Notes under the pieces: model-generated
What the model was told of the DNA's origin: nothing
The model's database searches: none
Seen by the model: the letters and a program-made list of their open reading frames with translations, nothing else
Source: a virus
Taxonomy: Duplodnaviria; Caudoviricetes
Virus record (IMG/VR): IMGVR_UViG_3300031998_000057
Location: 8,532-72,531 of that record
Length of the DNA: 64,000 nt
Strand: one strand, 5' to 3'
Position numbers and translations under genes: made by a program
Shown: positions 1-8,556 of the stretch, in pieces
How positions within the stretch are numbered: position 1 is the first letter of the stretch
How the letters are laid out: each line of letters starts with the position of its first letter

Positions 1-173
1 TTGCCTGTCTCTCCAGGCTGTCACGCTTCGTTCTCAGGCTCTCGAAGTCCTGTTGGTCGTCGCGTTCCACCGCCGCGCTCCTTATCGGCTTGCCGCTTTG
101 CTTACAGTGTTCAGGTTGGTCTATCGCGTTTTGCCTGCGTCCGGCTTTCACGGATGAGGCGTCCCCCAGCGTT

Positions 174-251
174 TGGTGGGCCGTCAGGGACTCGAACCCT
201 GATCTTCTCTGCTTTTGAGGCAGCTCCGTCTTCCCATTGCGGCAACGGCCC
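174..251 (-). tRNA. tRNA-Leu(CAA), 78 nt, CCA-encoded, short variable loop
   Basis: Reverse complement folds as a cloverleaf: acceptor GGGCCGT/ACGGCCC, D-arm CCG..CGG, anticodon loop CTCAAAA, T-arm CAGGG-TTCGAGT-CCCTG, discriminator A + CCA. Confidence 0.85.
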
Positions 252-318
252 ATATCAGGCGGTTATTGTTCCACTATCAACTACTTACAGGGTCCTCTTA
301 CCCAAGCCGCCGTATTTC

Positions 319-501
319 TTATGTGTGCGCCTCGCACGTTACCTTGTTGATCGTTCCCCATGTGGGCTGTATCGTCATAGGCACGAGCGGGCACATCCGC
401 CCCGTTACCATGCACACCCCACACGCCAAGCGTGAAAAACAGCCCTGTGAGTAATCAACCGATGTTACGGTCGATGCCTCCGTCGCCTTTGTGCTGTCCA
501 T
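319..501 (-). CDS. hypothetical protein (60 aa, CxxC)
   Basis: ORF track; GAGGTG RBS 6 nt upstream of ATG. Confidence 0.35.
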   Translation of the reverse strand: MDSTKATEASTVTSVDYSQGCFSRLACGVCMVTGRMCPLVPMTIQPTWGTINKVTCEAHT

Positions 502-542
502 TCATCTCACCTCTTTTCCTTAACCCATCTTCATTATACGGA

Positions 543-970
543 TTATTTTTTGGACGGCCTGAATACCACCACCATGCTCGGAAACGGCGCGGAATTGTCG
601 CTCCCGCCGAATTTCAGCCGCCCCTTGACGAATCGAACCTCCGCCTGCTTGTAGATGTAATCGTGGAACCACCGCGTATCCGTCCGCGCAGGAAGCAGCA
701 TGACCACCGTGGCCCCGTTCTTCGCCGCTTCCCACGCTTTCGCTACCCATCGGCCTACCTCACGACCATACGGGGGATTGCACCAACAGCACCCCCCCAA
801 TTTTTGGAAAGTCCGTCGTCCTTCGGCGTGTAGTACCGCGCACACTTCGCGTTCTCCGGCAGCGCGGCCACGTCAAGCGTGAAGTGAAACTCGGCGTCCA
901 GCTCGTCGAAAAACGCCTGCGGTGTTTCCCATAAGCCCGTCGCGCTCGAAAACATCAAATCCGTGTTCAC
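543..970 (-). pseudogene. phage Dam-family N6-adenine DNA methyltransferase, split by a frameshift in a G7 tract (792-798)
   Basis: N-half (755-970) WETPQAFFDELDAEFHFTLDVAA; C-half (543-845) WCNPPYGR..LLPARTDTRWFH..KGRLKFG..APFPS. One extra G joins them into a 142-aa ORF. Confidence 0.85.
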
Positions 971-1263
971 TTCTCGTGGCTCCGCTTCGCGCTGTGCAGG
1001 AAATCCATGATCTTGTCGCGCTCCTTCTCCAACACCTTGACCTGCTCCAACAGCTCGTCAGCACGGGAGTACAGAACCTCGCGCAGCCAACCAGGGATCT
1101 CTGCCGCACCCTCCAAAGACGGCACATAGCGTTTAAGTGACTTCAACGCCTGCCGGGTCACTACAAGGCCGTTGCAGCCTTCCACACGCCACCATTCGCT
1201 GCGTTCAGGATCACACTCGCCAAGCTCAATGATGAACTTGTCACCTTTCTTAAATTCTGCCAT
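967..1263 (-). CDS. hypothetical phage protein
   Basis: 98-aa ORF whose stop overlaps the dam start. Confidence 0.65.
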   Translation of the reverse strand: MAEFKKGDKFIIELGECDPERSEWWRVEGCNGLVVTRQALKSLKRYVPSLEGAAEIPGWLREVLYSRADELLEQVKVLEKERDKIMDFLHSAKRSHEK

Positions 1264-1267
1264 GCCA

Positions 1268-1579
1268 TCAATCCCCTTCCATCGTTACCAATCCGTCTTC
1301 GTCCACGCTCACACCGAAAATCGCGCCGCCGTCAAACCCTACCGCAGCCAGGGCGTTCCGCCCCCGTATCGCCGCGTTCCTGTCCTCAAATATGAACCGT
1401 ACCTCCGACGGACACTGCGCACCGATCAGGCCCTCCTGCTCCGTCATCAGCTCGATCATCACGCCCAACGCCAGCTTGTCCGCCCGACGCATCCGCAAGC
1501 CCTTCGCCGGAATACCTACCGCAAACGCAAAGCCTACACGCTCTCCATCCGCCAACCGCTTACCCCTCCTTCCTCTCAA
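1268..1579 (-). CDS. hypothetical phage protein
   Basis: 103-aa ORF in a tightly packed run of genes. Confidence 0.55.
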   Translation of the reverse strand: MRGRRGKRLADGERVGFAFAVGIPAKGLRMRRADKLALGVMIELMTEQEGLIGAQCPSEVRFIFEDRNAAIRGRNALAAVGFDGGAIFGVSVDEDGLVTMEGD

Positions 1580-1778
1580 ACGCCGCGCAACCAGTCATCC
1601 CGCCAACCTTCTTCACCCACTTGCACCGAAAGCAGCAGTAACGGCAGATGTAATGCCCGCGCTTCTTCGGACACTCCCGCACCAATCCCTCGTGCCATTC
1701 ATTCCCACACGCTTCACAGACCATCCGATGTGCGAAAACCTTCGCCTGCTTCTTCGCCATCCAATAGCCAACCCCCAT
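1560..1778 (-). CDS. small Cys-rich (zinc-finger-like) protein
   Basis: CEAC, CPKK, CRYCCFRC motifs; RBS AAGGGA; TATAAT at 1798-1803 upstream. Confidence 0.6.
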   Translation of the reverse strand: MGVGYWMAKKQAKVFAHRMVCEACGNEWHEGLVRECPKKRGHYICRYCCFRCKWVKKVGGMTGCAAFERKEG

Positions 1779-2747
1779 TTCCCTTGTCCTGTTATTGATT
1801 ATACTCAGCCTTTTTTACACACCCATAATCTGCCCCACACCTAACGCCCACCCGCTCCCTCGCCCCTATATACCTAAAAGCGCCCTGCCATCAACCCGGC
1901 AAGGCGCTCCTTTTCATCTGTAAACATACCCCCATACCCCACCAACTCAAAAAGGATATTTTTTATAAGCCCTAAAATCGGCTTTACACGCGCTTTGCAC
2001 TTTTCAGACGCTAAAACCCACGGCAGACAAATCGAAAACGCAGGAGGGCATTGAAAACCACACGACAGACGCTGCTGTAATGCAATGCGGCAACGCAAAT
2101 GCGATTGTGCGGAATGACGCAGGGAATTGAGCGCGGAAATGAGCTGCGAGGTGGCAGGCTATTTTGCGAATAATTGAGGATGGAAGCGGAAAGGCAAAAG
2201 CCGAATAATTGAGGAGCGGAATGAGCTACGCGCCGGAGGCGCGTCCTGGCGCGGCGGCTAACTGAAAAGGTGGGGGGCTGTGTTGCGATTATTGCCTATA
2301 ATCGAAACATGAGCGCGGCAAACGCGGAGCGGGAGCGGGAGCGGCGCGGCTGATGCTCTGCGGCTGAGCTGGGCGCGGCATGATGCGCGGCGTGGTATCA
2401 AGGGAACACCGGCGGTGGGGTGATGGTTTCCGTTTCGCGGGTTTCCGCCTCTTTCGGTTTTCTGGCAAAAGGGGCTGCGGGTTTTCGCTCTGCTGGCGGA
2501 TGGGCTGCGGGGCTGCGGCTGCTGATGCGGGTCCTGGCTCGGCTCGTTTTCGCTGGCTTCCGCTGCTTCACGGTTGCGGGGCTTCCGCTATAATCCGCGC
2601 TATTATAATATCGACGCCGGGAGCATATCGCGCGCGCGCGAGGGCGGAGCGGCTGCGGGGGCTTGGGCGGGGCTGCGGGCGGGCATAAAGCAAGCCCGCC
2701 GGGGTTTTATTCCGGCGGGCTGTGGTGGGCTGCTGCGTGGTGGGCGT

Positions 2748-3503
2748 TTATTTGGCGGCGGCGTATCTCTCGCGGATGGCCTTAATACGCTTGTCGACGG
2801 CCTGACGGCTGAGGTTGACGGCGGGCGCAATGCGGCGGGCGCTGTAGCCTGCGCCCAGGGCGGCGACGATCCGCAAGTCGATATCGTCACGGCAGGCGCG
2901 GGTGATGCTGTCGCGGATGATGGCGGCGGCCTCCGGGCCGGGGGCAATGGGTTCCGCCGTTCCGCGGGCGCTGATGTCGATTACATCAAGCTCTTGGCCT
3001 TCTTCCGTGACGGTGTGCCGCAGGGCGCTGGCGTTCCGCTTCTCCGCTTCCCTGATGGCCTTTGCCGCTGCGACGATGGCGCGGCTTGTCATTCGGGCCA
3101 GGCTCATGTGCTGCTTGTCGGGGTTATCAAAATAGGCGGTATACAGCCTGATATACGCTTCATGAGCGACGGCGGCGAGGTCGTCAGCAAGGCGGGCCGG
3201 GCAAACCCAGGTGAAAACGGGGGCCGCCGGGACCCGCTGACCGTTTTTAATGATCGTGCGGGCGTCGTCGATCCTGTACTCATGGCCGGTCATGCGCATG
3301 AGATAGTCATACCGCTCGTTTTCCGGCCAGCTTTCGAAAATCTCGCGGGGGCTGCGGCCGTCCTCCTCCCAGGCGAGGCGGAGCGCGGCGGCCAGGTTGA
3401 CGCGGTAGCAGTCGCCCGGATGGGCGGCGGTGATCCTGCGGGCGATGGTATGAGCGCGGGCCATAACGCGGGCGGCGCGGGCGGTGTTGGTAGTCTTTTC
3501 CAT
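2748..3503 (-). CDS. ECF-type sigma-70-like factor
   Basis: Region-2-like DDLAAVAHEAYIRLY..SLARMTSRAIVAAAKAIREAEKR; linker PGPEAAAIIRD; region-4 HTH DLRIVAALGAGYSARRIAPAVNLSRQAVDKRIKAIRERY; RBS AAAGGAG. Confidence 0.7.
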   Translation of the reverse strand: MEKTTNTARAARVMARAHTIARRITAAHPGDCYRVNLAAALRLAWEEDGRSPREIFESWPENERYDYLMRMTGHEYRIDDARTIIKNGQRVPAAPVFTWVCPARLADDLAAVAHEAYIRLYTAYFDNPDKQHMSLARMTSRAIVAAAKAIREAEKRNASALRHTVTEEGQELDVIDISARGTAEPIAPGPEAAAIIRDSITRACRDDIDLRIVAALGAGYSARRIAPAVNLSRQAVDKRIKAIRERYAAAK

Positions 3504-3569
3504 TTTTTATAACTCCTTTCGATGTGGGCGGCGGCGCTTCTGGCGCTGCCGTATCTTGATTACACTATG

Positions 3570-3598
3570 ATTATACCACGCTATCATTACATATTCAA
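3570..3598 (-). promoter_or_regulatory. sigmaA-type promoter of the sigma-like gene
   Basis: TTGAAT(3598-3593)-N17-TATAAT(3575-3570), preceded by TGG (extended -10). Confidence 0.8.
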
Positions 3599-3736
3599 GC
3601 ATTTTTTCGGCATTTTCCGAAAAAATTTTGCTCGGCGGTAGCCAAAACCGTTTTCCCCGGTTTGGTGTAGGCGAGGACGAAAAACGACGGGCGGCGGCTG
3701 CGGCCCGGAAACAAAAAATCGAACGGAGGCAATACA

Positions 3737-4075
3737 ATGAATAAAATCAACGGCGCGGAGCTTATCGAAAACACAAGCGCGGCGGGCCGGAGGGCGGCGC
3801 GGGCTGCGGCGGCTGCGGCTGGCGCGGGCGGCTGGTCCTCTATCTGGGGCGCGTACAAGGAGCCCAGCGCGGAAAAGGTCCGGGCCTGGCGTGGCCTGGA
3901 GGCGCTGGCGGAGGCGCTGAACGCGGACAGCCTGCGGATCACGGCGGCGAACACTTTCAATTTCTCGGCGCTGATCCGTTTCCGCGTTGACGGTCGGGCG
4001 GCTGTCGGCTATATCACGCGGGACCACCGGCGCTTCGCCTGGGCGGAGGATGCGCCCGCGGCGGCGGCGGCCTGA
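3737..4075 (+). CDS. hypothetical early protein, Ala-rich
   Basis: RBS GGAGG; directly after motif copy 1. Confidence 0.75.
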   Translation: MNKINGAELIENTSAAGRRAARAAAAAAGAGGWSSIWGAYKEPSAEKVRAWRGLEALAEALNADSLRITAANTFNFSALIRFRVDGRAAVGYITRDHRRFAWAEDAPAAAAA

Positions 4076-4246
4076 ACAGGCAACGGAGCCCTGGCGGGGA
4101 TCGGGATTTTTCCCGGTCCCCGTCTTTTTTTATTTGACGGGGCCGGGGCCGCGTGATAAAATATTTGAACAGGCGAAAAATTTTTTTCGGCGCTGGTAGC
4201 CAAAAGCCGCCGCGCCGGTTTGGTGATTGAAAAGGAGGCTGAACAC

Positions 4247-4525
4247 ATGGCGAAAGCGAGCGCGGCACGGATCAAGGCCAATCAGCGGTGGGACGCGCGA
4301 GCCTATGACAAGGCGCTGCTGCGGCTGCCGAAGGGAGCACTGGAACAGCTTAAAGCGGCGGCGTCTGAGGAGGGCGAAAGCCTGAACAGATATATTTTGA
4401 TTGCCCTGGAGCGGCGGAGCGGCTTAAAGCTCACGCTTGACGGGGAGCTGCCTGGGCCGGGGCCGCGCGGCCCGCGAAAAGACTACAGAACAGCGGCGAA
4501 AAAGACCGGGGACGGCGAAAGCTGA
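4247..4525 (+). CDS. ribbon-helix-helix (Arc-like) DNA-binding protein
   Basis: KANQRWDARAYDKALLRLPKGALEQLKAAASEEGESLNRYI pattern; RBS AAAGGAGG; ATG at 4247. Confidence 0.7.
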   Translation: MAKASAARIKANQRWDARAYDKALLRLPKGALEQLKAAASEEGESLNRYILIALERRSGLKLTLDGELPGPGPRGPRKDYRTAAKKTGDGES

Positions 4526-4628
4526 TCCCCGGAAATTTTTTTGTTTCGCGGTAGCCAAAACGAAAAACCCGTGTTTGGTGTAATCGGGAAAACAAAACCC
4601 GATAATAAATTGAAGGGAGCTATAAAAC

Positions 4629-4913
4629 ATGGCAATAACAAACAATATGATTATTGAAAATGCCCGCGCAAACCTTATTTCCGATGGGCTGCTTGATCCG
4701 GCGCATGAAATCCATACTTTCCAGCGTTGGAAAGCGCTGGGCTACAGCGTGAAAAAGGGAGAACACGCGATAGCAAAATTCTCGATCTGGAAGTACGGCG
4801 AGCGGCGGAAAAAGGCCGAGGACGGCGGCGAGGAGGAGATCGAGACCGGCGGCTGCTTTATGAAAACGAGCGCGTTCTTTTCGACGGCGCAAGTGGAGCC
4901 GCTGAAAGCGTGA
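4629..4913 (+). CDS. ArdC N-terminal-like (ssDNA-binding, anti-restriction family) protein
   Basis: HTFQRWKALGYSVKKGEHAI motif resembles the ArdC-N signature. Confidence 0.65.
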   Translation: MAITNNMIIENARANLISDGLLDPAHEIHTFQRWKALGYSVKKGEHAIAKFSIWKYGERRKKAEDGGEEEIETGGCFMKTSAFFSTAQVEPLKA

Positions 4914-5330
4914 GACGGAGACGGGGCCGGGGGAGCTTTCCCCTGGCCCTTTATTTTTTTGCCCTGACGCGGGGAAATTTTTTTCGGCGCTGGTAGCCGT
5001 TTTGAAAATTCCGCGTTTGGTGTAGGTGAAAGCAAACGAAAGAACAGGAGGCAATAACAATGAAGATTGAACAGACGCAGGCATTCCGTTTAACCGTGGA
5101 TCACATGGTTAAGCTGGGAAACGATCACAAATTTGACAAAGAGTTTCCATTTTCGGAGTTTTTGTCAAGGACTAAGACTCTGCGCGGCGCAGAGTTTGCG
5201 CGCAAGGCGGCTGCAAAAGCGAACCAACGTTTACGCTGCAAACTGTATGTTGCTTGATGCTGGAGACGGGGCTGGGGGATCATTCCCCAGCCCCTTTATT
5301 TTTTGCCCTGGCGCGGAAAATATTTTTCGG
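4914..5330 (+). repeat. near-duplicated ~75-bp terminator/promoter-upstream spacer (about 4914-4987 and 5260-5330)
   Basis: GAGACGGGGC[C/T]GGGGGA..TTCCCC[T/A]G[G/C]CCCTTTATTTTTT..GCCCTG[A/G]CGCGG..AA.T.TTTTTCGG in both; related spacer at about 4085-4190. Confidence 0.8.
5060..5257 (+). CDS. hypothetical early protein
   Basis: RBS AGGAGG; own promoter and terminator. Confidence 0.7.
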   Translation: MKIEQTQAFRLTVDHMVKLGNDHKFDKEFPFSEFLSRTKTLRGAEFARKAAAKANQRLRCKLYVA

Positions 5331-5397
5331 AACAGCTTAATTTTTACGCTTTCGCTGTTTGGTATAGACGAAAGCAAAAACAAGAAGGCAATACACA

Positions 5398-5640
5398 ATG
5401 AAAATGTTTGCAAAAGCCGTTGAGGGAAAAGAGTTTATTTACAGCCGTGAAAGCGCTCACCAGGTAAGCGAGAGAAGCGCAAATATGATTTGCGCGGCGC
5501 TGAACGAAAAGCGCTGGGGGCTAAAAGACGGGCAAATCTGGCACGTCTACGATTGCGAATGGTACGAACAGGAATACACCGGCGCGGCGTATCAATCTTT
5601 TGAACGGCGCAACGGCGGCCTGGTGGAGAGGATAATCTGA
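5398..5640 (+). CDS. hypothetical early protein
   Basis: 80-aa ORF after the degenerate motif copy. Confidence 0.7.
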   Translation: MKMFAKAVEGKEFIYSRESAHQVSERSANMICAALNEKRWGLKDGQIWHVYDCEWYEQEYTGAAYQSFERRNGGLVERII

Positions 5641-5719
5641 ACACACGGAGCGCGGCGGGCCGGGGCAATAATCCCGGCCGGGGCCGCGCCTGAACACAAA
5701 ACGAACGGAGGAACGAAAA

Positions 5720-5884
5720 ATGAAAAATCTGCTGAGCATGATCGGCTTTGTTGCGTTTCTGTCCCTGCTGCCCCTGGGCGGCTGGATTGAGAACGACGGC
5801 GGCCTGCCTGCGCTGCTGACGGCGGCGGCGGTGATCCTTGTGCTGGCCGTGACGGTCTACGCGGCGAACAGGACGAAAAAATAA
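5720..5884 (+). CDS. small two-helix membrane protein (54 aa)
   Basis: Translated by hand: MKNLLSMIGFVAFLSLLPLGGWIENDGGLPALLTAAAVILVLAVTVYAANRTKK; RBS GGAGG. Confidence 0.7.
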   Translation: MKNLLSMIGFVAFLSLLPLGGWIENDGGLPALLTAAAVILVLAVTVYAANRTKK

Positions 5885-5982
5885 TTTCCCGCGTTGGTAG
5901 CCAAAGGCGGCCGCGCCGGTTTGGTGTAATCGGGCGAGGCGATCCCCGCCTGAACACAATACATTGAATGGAGGAACACAAA

Positions 5983-6669
5983 ATGACGCACGAAAAGAGA
6001 TACGAGCTTGTCTGTGAAATGCTGAGAGCCTACGACATGGCGAACGGCTACGATGCCGCGGAGCAAGTAATCAAGAACGCGAGAGAATGGGCCGGGCATG
6101 GTACGCTTCCCTTTTATGGGGCTGCCGCTTCCCTGCTGGTGGAGGCGATGGAGGGCATGAACAAAACAAGGACTGGAACCGCACAGACCGCCGCACTGAA
6201 CAGGATTTACAAATCCGCTTGCAGCATAGCAAGGCGGGGCTTTGATGGCGTTTTCCCGTCTGCTGGGCGCTGGGCGCTCTGCGACGGATACCGCTTTGTG
6301 CGCCTGAACGTCAAGCCTGAGAGCTATCCCGAACGGGAGAGTACAATCAACCTGGAGCAGGCGATCCCGGTGGCGAGCCGCTATTCTGAGACCGTGGAGC
6401 TTCCCACCGTGGCGGAAATCAAGGCGCATCTGGCCGACGTAAAATCCCGCTTTGGGCGCAAGTGGCGCAACTATTCTGAGTCTCACATCGAGGCGCTTCC
6501 CGGCTGGTGGTGCAATCCCGAATACCTGCTGGACATGGTACAGGCGCTTCCCGGCGGAACGGCGCATCTTCCGAAGAACAGCATTTCCCCGCTCTACTAT
6601 GAGAGCCCGGACGGGGATGCCCTGCTGCTTCCCTGCCGTCATCCCGTCACGGCGGCGGCTGCCGCCTGA
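5983..6669 (+). CDS. protein with a C-terminal sliding-clamp (DnaN)-like segment
   Basis: CDGYRFVRL, CNPEYLLDMVQAL and ISPLYYES..DALLLPCR resemble beta-clamp motifs (TDGHRL, FNxxYLLD, LLMPxR). Confidence 0.5.
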   Translation: MTHEKRYELVCEMLRAYDMANGYDAAEQVIKNAREWAGHGTLPFYGAAASLLVEAMEGMNKTRTGTAQTAALNRIYKSACSIARRGFDGVFPSAGRWALCDGYRFVRLNVKPESYPERESTINLEQAIPVASRYSETVELPTVAEIKAHLADVKSRFGRKWRNYSESHIEALPGWWCNPEYLLDMVQALPGGTAHLPKNSISPLYYESPDGDALLLPCRHPVTAAAAA

Positions 6670-6756
6670 GAGAACGTACAAGCCGCGCCGGGCGGGTCCC
6701 GGCGCGGCTGCCCGTCCGAAAATCCAACGGTATAATTCAGAACAGGAGGAAAAGAA

Positions 6757-7167
6757 ATGTTTGAGAATTGGCAATGGGTAATCGGCCCTGAAGGGTATCA
6801 CGGCTTCGCAAAATCAGCGCTGAAGGACGGCGTATGCCCCTATACCGGCAAGACCGCCGCCGACTATGAGGCAGAGGGCTGCACAATCGTTTCGGAAGCG
6901 GAATTTGACCGCATTGCTGCCGAATATGAGCGCAGCTTGACCGATGACTGGAAGGAGATCACGGAGGAACAGTACGAGGACGCGCTGAACGTGCTTCCCC
7001 CGCTGCAATGGTACGGCGGCGGCTTTTTCTGCATGGAGGCATATTTCAGCACCCTGCACAGCTTTTATCAAGAGGTGGACGGTAAATACTTCACTTCCCT
7101 GCAATCCGTCACGACGCCCCGCGCCGATATTATGAACAACCTTATGAAATGGAGGGAAAGCGCATGA
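6757..7167 (+). CDS. DUF1419-like protein
   Basis: EITEEQYEDALNVLPPLQW..FFCME..YQEVDGKYF pattern. Confidence 0.55.
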   Translation: MFENWQWVIGPEGYHGFAKSALKDGVCPYTGKTAADYEAEGCTIVSEAEFDRIAAEYERSLTDDWKEITEEQYEDALNVLPPLQWYGGGFFCMEAYFSTLHSFYQEVDGKYFTSLQSVTTPRADIMNNLMKWRESA

Positions 7168-7340
7168 GCGGCAAACGCTTCCGCCTTTGGGCGCTGCTGC
7201 AAAGCAATTTGGCCCTGAGTGACAAGATAGATCATGCCCGCGATCCTGAACACAAGGCGCGGCTGCAACGGCACTATGACGAGATCGAGGCCGAAATCAA
7301 GATGATCCAAAACGTTTTACAGGAGGAGGTAAACACATGA
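7164..7340 (+). CDS. hypothetical small helical protein
   Basis: ATG at 7164 overlaps the upstream stop; RBS GGAGG. Confidence 0.6.
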   Translation: MSGKRFRLWALLQSNLALSDKIDHARDPEHKARLQRHYDEIEAEIKMIQNVLQEEVNT

Positions 7341-7718
7341 AAACGATCAACGTCAATCCCCCTGGGGGACTCGCAGCGGGAACAGTGGCACAGCGTCGTG
7401 AACATCCTGCGGCGCATGGGCGGCGATATGACCGCCGATGGCCGCGCCGGTCTCTGCGACGAGCTTGACCGCTATATCGACTATGCCGAGGATATGCGGG
7501 AGGAAATCAAGGAACAGCCGGAGCCGGACGGCGCGGAGCAGTGCATGACCGCCGAGGATGCGCTGGCGATCATGGAAAAGCACGTCGGCAACTGGCGCGG
7601 TTTGGAGCAGAAGGCCGCGCAGAACGGCGACTATCACGCCGCGCAGAGCTACGCGGATATGGCCTATGCTGGGGCCGCGCTGAAAGACGAGATCGAGCGC
7701 GAGCTTTATCACGGCTGA
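7337..7718 (+). CDS. hypothetical protein with an apparent +1 frameshift near 7355
   Basis: Strong RBS + ATG at 7337 (MKTINV); the coding frame resumes at 7356 (IPLGDSQREQWHSVVNILRR..). Confidence 0.55.
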
Positions 7719-7733
7719 ACAGGAGGCGACCGC

Positions 7734-7904
7734 ATGAGAATAATCAAGGCGAACATGGAAAACGGCGACTACATCATCACCCGCATCAACGTAGCGCCGG
7801 AAGAGATCGAAAAATACTATATAGGCAAGCCGTACATATACGAGGACCCGAACCGCGGTGAGACCGGGCGGACGCGCTTTGTGAGCGTTGAGTTTTTAGA
7901 TTGA
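7734..7904 (+). CDS. hypothetical protein (56 aa)
   Basis: MRIIKANMENGDYIITRINVAPEEIEKYYIGK..; RBS AGGAGG. Confidence 0.7.
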   Translation: MRIIKANMENGDYIITRINVAPEEIEKYYIGKPYIYEDPNRGETGRTRFVSVEFLD

Positions 7905-7920
7905 AGGAGGAACACAAAAA

Positions 7921-8238
7921 ATGACTATTACGAGAGAGATCAACGGCAGCCCCGTCACGTTCGAGCTTTCGAGCGCCGAGCTTCGCGCCGCCTACTGCGA
8001 ACAGCAAGCGCAGTTTGACCGTGAGGACGTGACGCTGATCCTGGACGAGTACGCCGACGATGGCGAGTCCGGGGAACAGGACTTCATCGACTACTACGGA
8101 GCGCCGATTGCCAAAGCCCACGAGCTTCTGCCGCAGATAGTCGAAAAATACCGCGATATCCGCGACGACGGCGAATGCGCCCTGTCCTGGCGCGAGGCCG
8201 TGGACATGGCATTGGAATATTGGCTGAAGGAGGCTTGA
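7921..8238 (+). CDS. acidic hypothetical protein
   Basis: RBS AAGGAGG; D/E-rich. Confidence 0.75.
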   Translation: MTITREINGSPVTFELSSAELRAAYCEQQAQFDREDVTLILDEYADDGESGEQDFIDYYGAPIAKAHELLPQIVEKYRDIRDDGECALSWREAVDMALEYWLKEA

Positions 8239-8245
8239 GAACACG

Positions 8246-8437
8246 ATGCCGCCTTATGAACAGCTTGCCGCGCAGCTTTGCGGCGCGATCCGAACCTTTT
8301 CCGAGCGCCCGGAGGCATTGGATAACTTTGAAAGCTATCTGTCGTACTGCTTCCCCTGCTGGTGGGAGAAGTGGGTGAACACGCCGGACGGCTTGGCCGC
8401 AGAGCTTGAGCACTTCGCAAACATGGAATTTTCGTGA
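8246..8437 (+). CDS. hypothetical protein
   Basis: 63-aa ORF, aromatic-rich. Confidence 0.65.
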   Translation: MPPYEQLAAQLCGAIRTFSERPEALDNFESYLSYCFPCWWEKWVNTPDGLAAELEHFANMEFS

Positions 8438-8556
8438 ACAGGAGGTAGCCAAAACGCCGCATTACAGTTTGGTGTATGCGGGGCTTGAAACACAGCCCCG
8501 CTTATGCTATGATACTTTATAGGACTTTTGAACACATCGAAAGGAGCAAAACACAC

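Noticed and set aside
174-251. Suppressor tRNA / stop-codon recoding
   Set aside because: Anticodon is CAA (Leu), and the major genes are intact in the standard code.
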